Shown here in pieces: positions 36,078-46,539 of a DNA stretch of 64,000 bases. Below the pieces are notes generated by a model. It saw nothing but the letters and a program-made list of their open reading frames with translations. It searched no databases and was not told the origin of the DNA. The position numbers and the translations under genes are program-made. This DNA is from Carcharhinus longimanus (lineage: Eukaryota), in NCBI GenBank assembly GCA_030264375.1, contig JASCQW010000032.1, positions 7,244,831-7,308,830 on the forward strand, in the 5' to 3' direction. Within the stretch, counting starts at the first letter, position 1, and each line of letters begins with the position of its first letter.

Positions 36078-39000
36078 ATAGCTTTGGTGTTTATATGCCA
36101 CATGGACCTCCCTCATGTCTCCATCATCAGCTATTTCCTGAAATGAATCGATGCTATCTGCTTCAGTCATTCCCTGTGCTGTGAGCTCCATGTTCTTTAT
36201 TTGATCTGTTCGCAACTATATGTTTGTCCCCCTTTATTCTGAGCTATCCCACATGTGGAGCAATTATTTCCACATTCACCCCCGTCAATCCCCTTTGTGA
36301 TTTTGAAGATCTTAATTACGCCCCTGCTTAGAGAAAAAACCCTAATTGTTTAGTCTTTCCTGAGGTTGAGCAGCAGTTGATCAACCATTGTACCCACATA
36401 AGCAGAAGTGCTAACCCTACAGGGCATAACAACTAATCCAATGGGAGAATATACCAAGGGATAACTAATGATGGGAACTGAGTGATGGAGTGGGTTATTC
36501 ACTGACCTTTCATCTCTCAAATCCAGTCCATCTGATGAGATGAAGGGACTATCTGCTTGACTGCCTGAGCGTTCTTTTCCTTTATGATACTGGTTCCATC
36601 TAGTTTTCCTAATGCGCAGCCCTCATCTTTAGTCATTATTAGTCCAATTGAGTATTTTTATAGGACACAACAGAGGACTATTCAAAAGTCAGTCATGTTG
36701 GTGTGAGTCTGTAATCAGAGTGTTTTAAGTAGACCAGCACTAACATTTCTCACCTTTATCACTCTAACCTGGGTTTTAGGTAGAGGTAAAACCAGCCACA
36801 GTTCATCCCAATTCCTAAGAGGAATTAATTTACTTCTTGCTTTCCCATAATTCAGTTGATAGTAGAATAGTCAACTTGAGGTATCAGAAGGGGAGCAACA
36901 TCTTTTTCTGAGAATATGTTTCATAGACATCTTCCATTTTACATTTACCACAAAACATAACATATCCCCTAAATCTTGAAGAGTACAGGGTAATCATTAT
37001 TTCACACGAACATACAGAAAAGACCAGCGAATAGTCATACAAATGATTCCAGTTATCAGTCATTGCAGTCGGCGTCTCCTCCTGTACGGATAAAGAAAGG
37101 ATACAAAGAAGAGTTGGGGATCTGAGAATAACGGGATACAATCATGAGCATATGGCTCCATGGTGCACACCCTCCTCTACAGGATAACAGATATGGAACT
37201 GCACAATATATGGGATCCCTGTGGAATAATATACAACCAACCGGAGCCTAACACAACATCCCAGGACCTCCAAGCAATGAAAGGGGGACCTCGGGAAACT
37301 GCCATCGGTGCAGGATGTGGTATGTCAATGGAAACTTTAATGTACGGTAACCAGTATGCCAAAGATTTGTATACCTCACCTTGGCTCACAACATTACAAA
37401 CTTCCCTCCTCTCCAACCATATCAGAGGCATCGATCAGGCTGCCAATACTGGAAAACCTAAACCATTTTCCACCTAGGAAACCCCACTAACAAGGAGAAG
37501 AAGAATTGTCAAGATACCCATCTATGCGGTATCCTGGGGAGAGATATAGCCCTCCTCTTCCTCCCTACAAGACGAGGGAAACTCTCCATGATTAACCATA
37601 ACAAATCAGAGCCTATATCAACACCTCACCTACCTGGATGAAGTAAGGAAGCCCCAGAGAGAGAGGAGCATTAGGGTTATCCAGTAGACACCAGGCGTAG
37701 TTTTTCCACAGACACTTTCGCAGGAAGGATACCAAGAGCACAAGTTCACAAAGAACAGGACACTGCCTCCCCAAGGAAGCCCAAACTTAGAAGATGAACA
37801 GACTGGAAATCTCCATATAAAACCATTTAGAGGTGATGACATACTTCTCCAACCAGCTTAGTCTCCAATCAATGAGGGACTCCAACAAGGCTGCACCCAG
37901 TCTCACAATCGGGCCCCAAAAGGACACTACATCCCCAGGGGAATGAAGTCTTTGGAGCCAGAGCAGTCCCAAAGCCCCCAGAAAGGGAGCGTCAATGGGG
38001 GAAGGTAATCTACTGCCCCATCCAACATACCCTTCACCTGACCTGGGCAAATACAGCCACTGCCGTCCTAACTTGTTCAATGATACCTTAAAATAAGGGC
38101 TAACAAGTGAATACTCACGTCACTCCACTACATTGAACAAAGCAAACTGCCTCTTTCTCCTGGTACCCCAAAAGAGTCATTTAGACCCTTATATCAATGA
38201 GATTCAACGACTTCCCCCCAATAGAGAAAGCGCAACAACTGGATAATATGCACACCATCCATTCCATGAACTGAGTAATCAAACAACCACTGCCACTACC
38301 TGCACGCCCAAACCAGAACAGAAGATCAGCCTTAAAAGGGTCCAAGAATAGGTCAGCNNNNNNNNNNACCAGATCATAAATCATCAACTCCAGCAATGCC
38401 ACAGATGCCGACAACAGAAAAAGGCTCCAGTCTTTTCCAGTATGCATGATCTGCTTGTTTCTCAGGAAACAAGCAAGAATTCCTAATCCCAAAATAACCA
38501 AATACAAAAGAAAACCACGATCCCAAAGGTTCTATTGGGAAATTTTCCTCACCCACAACATCCACTTACAAGGTCAAACCACCCACCCAACATCCTGCTA
38601 TGGCACTACTCATCTAAAAAATAAAGTGAACCGTACTAAAAATTGAACTCAGTGTAAATGCAAGGATTACAGCACATAAAAGAAAAAACAAATGCACAAC
38701 CCTTATGTAATACAATCAACTTGGTGTACTCCCCAGTAGAAAGACCGAGACCCACAAATAGTTAAACTATGGCCTCCCTCATTCCATTGCCAGAGCACAG
38801 TGTGGACAAATAACATGAAAGAAAATTAGACAATCCTGATTTTCACAATATAACAGGTGACATCTCTATGCTCATATATCACGTATTCTTGTCAGGATAA
38901 AAGAATCACAAATTCAGGATTATAATCTCAAGGGAACAAAATTCAGAATTAGAAATGAATTGTAAGATAATATAACCATCTATGAAGCTTGTAAAGCCAA

Positions 39001-39330
39001 AGCCATGACAAGATCATTGAGCAACGTCCAGAATCCATCCAGAGTTTCATCAAAGCCTCTGTACCTCTGCCGTGTCATCATCTTGAGACTCCGGCAAAGC
39101 AAAGCTTAAGTTCCGGCAGGTGGTAAGGACCTGACATTTCCAGTCACCTCCGGCCCTTCTTGAGGAACACTGAGGACAAGCCAACATAAGAACAATGGCC
39201 AGAACCTTTGACTGATCCCGGGCCTCAAAGACTGAATACAATGTGCTTTATCAAACTCAAGATGCCCAGCCCTTAAATCAAGATTGTGAAAGCATGACAG
39301 CCAATTCTCAAATTTGGCTGCGAATTCATC

Positions 39331-39643
39331 GTAAAAAGTCTGACAACACCAGGTTTAAGTCCAACCGATTTATTTGATAGTAAACTCACTAGCTTTCGAG
39401 GTTACCCNNNNNNNNNNNNNNNNNNNNNNNNNNNNNNNNNNNNNNNNNNNNNNNNNNNNNNNNNNNNNNNNNNNNNNNNNNNNNNNNNNNNNNNNNNNNN
39501 NNNNNNNCAACACCAGGTTTAAGTCCAACCGATTTAGTTGATAGTAAACTCACTAGCTTTCGAGGTTACCCCTCGACTTAAACCTGGTGTTGTCAGACTT
39601 TTTACTGTGTTTACCCCAGTCCAACGCCGGCATATCCACATCA
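39331..39643. mobile_element. Fold-back Penelope pseudo-LTR element with a 12-bp TSD (spans a gap)
   Basis: gtaaaaagtctgacaacaccaggtttaagtc and its exact reverse complement; flanked by tgcgaattcatc (39319-39330) and tgcaaattcatc (39644-39655). Confidence 0.8.
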
Positions 39644-40616
39644 TGCAAATTCATCCCCAGTTTCCCCTGAGAGACCAGGTATATGGATACTCTTCTGCCC
39701 CTGAGTCAGCCAGAATATATGACACACCGTGCAGCAGGATTTCCAAAACTGAAGGTGAGCCTTCGCCGAGGAAACTACCCTCTCGACCGACAGGATTTGC
39801 TTCTCTGCTTCATCCATTCCCCTGTGCTGGAACACACAGACACATGTACACACACACACACACACACACACACACCCCCCCCTCCCTGGGGAAAAACTTT
39901 AACACTGACAGGATGGGCTGATCTACTTTAACTTATTATTTTTAATCAGTGCTGTGTCCAGTGTTAGTCAATGAGTGGTATTTCTGCCTCTGAGTGAGAA
40001 TTGTGTTTTTAATTAACATGCATAAATCAACAGCTCCCCTTGGAGGGCACTCAACACTACTATGCCAAAAGGGCCTGACTGTGAAATTCAGCGCGATTTG
40101 AGTTCATGATCATTGAAAACAGCATGAAATATACTTCATGTAAAAATGTCAGAGCCCATTGTGTATGTAACAACCTCAGACCAGCAGCATGTGTTAGTGA
40201 AAATGTTTATTGTCAGAATATCTTCAGCTGAGAAACAGGCAACGTAAATGCCGCAGTCAAATACCTGCACTGTGCTCATTGAACTGATTACTGCCTAAAT
40301 TCCTTCATACATGGTACATTTTCTCATTGCCCAATCTCCTTGTTCTTGAGGTTCTTATGACATGGCTGTTGGGAAGCCACAGTAAGGCCCCAGATGTGGA
40401 GGAATAAATCAGCCAGGGATCATGATCTGATCCAGTTGCTGCTGCTGGAACATGTGTGGTGTGGAAACTGGTTGAGATGATGTGGAGATGCCGGCGTTGG
40501 ACTGGGACTTGGGAAGCCACAGTAAGGCCCCAGATGTGGAGGAATAAATCACCAGGGGTCATGATCTGATCCAGTTGTTGCTGCTGGAACATGTTTGGCG
40601 TGGAAACTGGTTGAAA

Positions 40617-41665
40617 TGATGTGGAGATGCTGGCATTGGACTGGGGTAAACACAGTAAGAAGTCTCANNNNNNNNNNNNNNNNNNNNNNNNNNNNNNNNN
40701 NNNNNNNNNNNNNNNNNNNNNNNNNNNNNNNNNNNNNNNNNNNNNNNNNNNNNNNNNNNNNNNNNNNCTTCAACCGATGCTATACACTAGATACATTGAT
40801 GACATTTTCTTCCTTTGGACTCATGGTGAACAATCACTGAAACAGCTGTATGATGACATCAACAAGTTCCATCCCACCATCAGACTCACCATGGGCTCTC
40901 TGGGATCAGTTGCATTCTTGGACACAAGCATCTCCATCAAGGACAGTCACCTTAGCACTTCACTGTACTGCAAACCCACGGATAACCTCACGATGCTCCA
41001 CTTCTCCGGCTTCCACCCATAGCACTTTAAAGAAGCCATCCCTTATGGACAAGCCCTCCGTATACATAGGATCTGCTCAGATGAGGAGGATCGCAACAGA
41101 TACCTCCAGACGCTGAAAGACGCCCTCATTAGGACAGGATATGGCACTCGCCTCATTGATTGACAGTTCCGACGCGCCACAGCGAAAAACCGTGCCGACC
41201 TCCTCAGAAGACAAACACAGGACATGGTGGACAGAGTACCCTTCGTCGTCCAGTACTTCCCCGTAGCGGAGAAGCTACAACATCTTCTCTGGAGCCTTCA
41301 ACGTGTCATTGATGAAGGCGAAAATTTCGCCAAGGCCGTTCCCACATCCCCACTTCTTGCCTTCAAACAACAGCACAACCTCAAGCAGACCATTGTCCGC
41401 AGCAAACTACCCAGCCTTCAGGAGAACAGTGACGACAACACTACACAACCCTGCCACAGCAACCTCTGTAAGACGTGCTGGCATGGATGCCATCATCTCA
41501 CATGAGAACACTATCCACCAGGTACACGATACGTACTCTTACAACTCAGCCAATGTTGTCTGCCTGATATGCTGCAGGAAAGGATGTCCCGAGGCATGGT
41601 ACACTGGGGACATCATGCAGACACTACGACAACGGATGAATGAATACCCCTCGACAATCACCGAG
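40617..41665 (+). mobile_element. Penelope-like element: pseudo-LTR, RT C-terminal part and GIY-YIG endonuclease, disrupted
   Basis: YTRYIDDIFFLW...INKFHPTIRLT...VAFLD...LYCKPTD...FHP, then NVVCLICCRKGCPEAWYTG...LRQRMNE; contains stops and a frameshift. Confidence 0.92.
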
Positions 41666-43014
41666 AATAAATCGAGAATAAAATCCATTGCTCATTAAAA
41701 AGAGCCACACTAACTTTTTTGCCCTTTGTCAACAGGTCACCAATGGCCAATCCTTCTGTAGGTCTCTGCTAATCTCACGTTATGGAACCAGGTCCATTTT
41801 ACATCTATGATGCCCCATTGAGAAATAAGGTGCCAATGTAGAACTTGAGATTTACACAACAGTGCAATGAGATTGTGCCTTCCAGTGTCCTGGAATTTGC
41901 TCAGTTGAGCACTTCCATCTGAATTCCAGTGCCTGGATATTTTGCTGGGGATACACCCCACACTACTGGAACTATAAAGAAATGTGGTGGAAACCTATTG
42001 GGAAGATATTTCACTGGCCACATGCCTTTGCCCACCACGTCCAGATATTTAACTCCAGAAAGAATCATGACAGATGAAGGGATATGTCAATAATGTTGTT
42101 ACTGTTATGTGCATCTTAGCAACACATTGTAATAGTGATAACTTTTGTGTTCCTAGTGTCCAGTGTTCTACAGGGCCTGGGGTGGGGAGGGGGGCCAGTG
42201 GAGAGAACCAGTAGGCTTATGCAATCAGTCTCTCAGGACAATTGATTGCACAGCCAATGCTATTTTCTTGCGAATATTTATAACAGCACAAGTAAGTATT
42301 TTTCTCATCACAGCCTCTGAGACTGGCTGCATCCAATTTCCTCCTCCTTGACCAGGCAGAGACAGGGGACCTGCCTAAGGGAAACAAATGAGTTGATTGT
42401 GACCTCAAAAAATCAGCAGTTGTATGGATTGGTGTCACTGTGACAGGTAAAATCTCTGCTCTGCTGCAGCTGTGCCATCATTCCACAATGATCAAAGATT
42501 GCCAGGCCCTTTGCAGGGACTTGAGCACAACATCTGGAGCAGGCCAGTAATGTCAGAGATGCTGTGCTTCAGATAAGATATGAAACCCACTTAGTCTCTG
42601 CCTGCCCAGGTGGTCTTTAAAGAATCCATTGTACTTTTGGAAGGACAGGTGAATTCTTTCATTGTCCTGGCTACATTCTTCCCTTGCAACATCACTAAAT
42701 GCTGAGGAGCTAGTTATTCACTTCCTTGTTCTCTGTTAGACCTTGCTGCCCTACTATGGCTGATACCATTGCCTACATAAGATGGGCCAATCATGGGCAA
42801 TTCGGACTAGTTTAACTAGGCGGCATGTACAAGTTGGGCCGAAGGGCCTGTTTTGACGCTGTAAGCCTCTATGACTATAATCAAATAATTAGTCTTGCAA
42901 GGCACTTGGAATGTTTCAGTGATGTACCATGCAACAAATTGTGATTTACAAAAATTCAATTGGCTGCAAATCTTTGTTCATTTTATTATGTTTGTGTGTT
43001 CCCTTGTCATTTAG

Positions 43015-43129
43015 GGTTCATTGTGCAAGTACCTGAGTCTGCATAGCAGTGACTGGGTTAGCTCCTGTCGCCTGGCACATTCCATTACAAAGGGCCTTGC
43101 CTACCTTCACACAGAACTGCTGCGAGCTG
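43015..43129 (+). CDS. BMPR2: BMPR2 exon 7
   Basis: atttag|GGTTCA...GAGCTG|gtgaga; 115 nt; [38 protein letters not shown]. Not in the ORF track. Confidence 0.96.
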
Positions 43130-43909
43130 GTGAGATATTGCAAAGCCCATAGCATTTGCCCTTCTTACTGTCACACTGCCTAGTTTTTGTTTCATGATTT
43201 GCTTTTTTGTTTGTCTTGCTTGTGTGTGCGTTGAACTTGCTGATATATTTTGAAGTTGTTCTATTTGAGAGCTGTGAAATTTGATGCACAATAGTCCAGT
43301 TTTCAATAGCTGCAATTAAAACATGATGATGCATTTGCCCGAGGAGACCATGTCATGATCACACATGCACAAGAGACAAGCCAGCCTTGAGATCAGATGC
43401 ACAAAGCACCAGTCTTGTGTAGTGGTTCGAGTGTGAAGAGTTCTGTCGCATGCTCATTTGCGTGGACCTACAACAATATTAGATAATCACTCCCTTAGGT
43501 TTTCCGGCTCTCTTTTGCACTCTCATTTCTGTCCTTTCACCTGCCTCCTCTTCCTCTATCTTGCCATTTTCCTTTTCCCCACATTGATTTCTACCATTCT
43601 CTGTTAATTTGCCTTTTCCTTTGTTGGAGCCTCTCTGTGGTCTTCTTACACTTTCTCTTTGCCTCTCCATGCTGTATAATTTTCTGCTTCTCTCTTTCCT
43701 TTGGAACAATGAGGATGGCTTCATTCTCCTTAACACGTTGCTCTGTCGAGTATTCTGCCAAAGTCCGAGAATTAAAGGTTGTTGATAAGGAGGTTGATGA
43801 CAGCGGGACACTATTGATATTGGGTTGTCTTTCGAGGGATTGCTTTTGAGGGTATGGCCCTCTATGTCTGTATGTGCCAGGTAACTCCACTGAACCATGG
43901 TATTTCTTT

Positions 43910-44240
43910 CATCGCACTAGGAACAGGAGGAGGTGATTCAGCCCCTGATCCTGCTCCCACTTTTGAATTAGATCATGGCTGAAATGTAGCTGAATTGATT
44001 TTGCCCACCTTTGCTTCATATCTGTTGATATCCTTGCGTAAAAATCTATTGATGTGTGTTGAAAACTCTAATTGACCCAGCGACCACATCCTTTTGGGGG
44101 AGTGTTCCAGATTTTGAGCATGAAAATGCTTCCTGATATTACTTCTAAATTGCCTTCTTCTGGTAGGGGAATCCAGAACAAAGAAATCATTTCTCTTTAT
44201 CCACCCACCATATCCCCTTTTAAACACTTCAGTAAGATCA
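43910..44240 (-). mobile_element. CR1 LINE 3' end, degenerate
   Basis: taggaacaggaggagg...ttcagccc tail; FRSNIRKHF on the - strand. Confidence 0.7.
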
Positions 44241-44384
44241 GCTGAGGAATTGCAAGCTTGGGTGAGGTGATGTGAGGCAGTACCAGTGAAGTGTTATGTG
44301 ATATCAGGAGAGAAAAGAGAAGGTTTGGAAGAAACGTTTGGCTTGGCCAGGCATTCTAACAGTTATACTTTATGGCTCCCCCAG

Positions 44385-44545
44385 ATCAGTATAAGTCAGC
44401 CATTACACACCGGGACCTCAACAGCAGGAATGTACTGGTGAAAAACGACGGAACATGTGCCATCAGTGATTTTGGCCTCTCCATGAAACTGACGGGCAAT
44501 CGACTGGTTCGACCAGGAGAGGAGGATACTGCGGCCATCAGTGAG
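44385..44545 (+). CDS. BMPR2: BMPR2 exon 8 (catalytic loop [11 protein letters not shown])
   Basis: ccccag|ATCAG...AGTGAG|gtgaga; 161 nt; (D)[53 protein letters not shown]. Confidence 0.97.
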
Positions 44546-45311
44546 GTGAGAATCAAAAGAATTTGTGCAGGTATATTAGCATACTTTCTGCAGATTTAAA
44601 GCACAAGGGGGCACCATTGTCAAGCGTAAAGAAATAAAGTAATACATTTCCTGATGTGTGTCTGTTCTGTACTGGTAGAAGGCAATGTTTCAGGGGTACA
44701 TGAGAAGCTCCATATATTTAGTACTGTGACTTTGTTGATTAACAAGAGAGATTGACAGCTTTATTTTGCTTTGAAGTTTAGTTGCTGTGTAACATATAAA
44801 TGAGTTGCTGTGTAACATATAGATGAGGATGGCTTCATTCCCCTTAACATGTTGCTCTGTCGAGTATTCTGCCAAAGTCCGAGAATTAAACGTTGCTGCT
44901 AAACCACAACTATTGCTTTTATATGACAGCCTCATCTCCCCTACACCAGCCCACATGGCTTGTCGGAAAATGATGCTTGTCAAACCTGAGCCAATGGCAG
45001 CTACTGCTCGTAGCAATAGGCTTCCTTAGCCCTTCACAGCATCCCTGTTTTTAACTTGCAGCTATGAGCATGTTGCTGTATTGCTGCTTGAATATGTTGT
45101 GATGCTGGCCAGCACTCGAAATAACCTTTCTGCTTGAGGCCAGAGGAGATCTGATTCCCAGTGAATAACTTGCTCCTACATGGCGCTATCATTCAGTCAT
45201 TTGGACTCTTGTGTGCTGAATCACCTAATGTTCGCTGTGTGAAGCTTTGAAAACATGAGAGATTTTCCTCTGTTGGTGGTGACATCTCTTTCTGTATCTT
45301 GCCTTACACAG

Positions 45312-45459
45312 GTTGGCACAATCCGTTACATGGCACCTGAGGTACTGGAGGGGGCTGTAAACCTGCGGGACTGTGCATCCGCACTCAAGCAGGTAGATAT
45401 GTATGCACTTGGCCTCATCTACTGGGAAATATTTATGAAGTGCACAGATCTTTTCCCAG
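45312..45459 (+). CDS. BMPR2: BMPR2 exon 9 (GTIRYMAPE)
   Basis: acacag|GTTGGC...TCCCAG|gtaaga; 148 nt; [49 protein letters not shown]. Confidence 0.97.
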
Positions 45460-45479
45460 GTAAGAAAATACGTACACCA

Positions 45480-45870
45480 ACTTGCATTTCTGTCGTGTCT
45501 TTTACATACTGAACATCTCAAGATGCTTCACAGGAGCATTATCAAACTGAATTTGACATTGAGCTAATAGGGTAAAGGGCCTAAAACTTGATCAAAGAGG
45601 TAGGTTCTGGTGACTGTCTTAAGCAAGGAGGGAGAAGTGGAAAGATTTAGGGAGGAAGTTCCAGAGACCAAAGACATGTCGTCAATTGAGGATATGCAAG
45701 AGGCCAGAATGAGAGGAGTGTAAAGTTTTCAATGGGTCATAAGATTTGAAGAAGTTAAAGTGATTCAATGATGGGGAGGAAGGGATATAGTGAGGGGAGG
45801 AGTGCAGGTGGGAGTGGTGGTGTGACAATGGAGGGATTTGAAAGCAATTATGAGATTTTTAAAGTCTAGC
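45480..45870 (-). mobile_element. L2-type 3' tail
   Basis: caacttgcattt...caagatgcttcacaggagcattatcaaac...cttgatcaaagaggtaggtt is the reverse complement of the tail at ~33340-33490. Confidence 0.65.
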
Positions 45871-46539
45871 TGTTCACAGGAATCATAGAAAATTTATGAC
45901 ACAAAGCCCATTCTGTCCAAGCAGCTCAATAAAGAGCTAGCCAGCCTAGTCAAAACTTCTGTATTAGGTCCCTAACTTTGCTATGGGCCAATGTGTGGTG
46001 ATGGATAAATGGTACTTGTTGTCAGTGAGGATATAGGCAATAGAGTTTTAGATGAGGTTCAGGGCTAGCAAATGCATATTGGAATAGTCAAGAACAACAA
46101 TCAGAAATAGCAGTAGTCTGGTTTAGCAGAAGACTCGGCTGCTTCCCTTCCTAGTGGAATTTCACTATTCCTTACGAGGGATTGTAATCTGGGGACAGGT
46201 ATTTGTGTTCCACCCCAAGTTCTGATGCACTGGTGGGAGATCAGGCTTCTGTTTGCTTCCTGACTTTTGGGACTCCAACAAAAAACACCATGATTACTAC
46301 CTGAACCATAAGAAAATTGGCAAAGAAAATAAGATTAAATAGTTAGATAGGGATTAAGTTTGGACAGAAATAATACATTAAGCAAAGACGACAAAGCAAG
46401 AGAGCCAGGTAACAGCAAGGAATATAATGATCAGAGCATAGCAGGAAGGGACAGAGTTTACAAATCTCAGAGTGCACTAACAGAGGAGTTAGAGGTTACA
46501 ACAATAGCAAAAAGACAGAATGAATGGCCCTGTGTGAGA

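Noticed and set aside
39340-39570. Direct repeat of pLTR sequence on either side of the 100-N gap (similar overlaps at gaps 3039, 23795 and 60820)
   Set aside because: Most likely overlapping contig ends left unmerged by the scaffolder, so it cannot be called a biological duplication.
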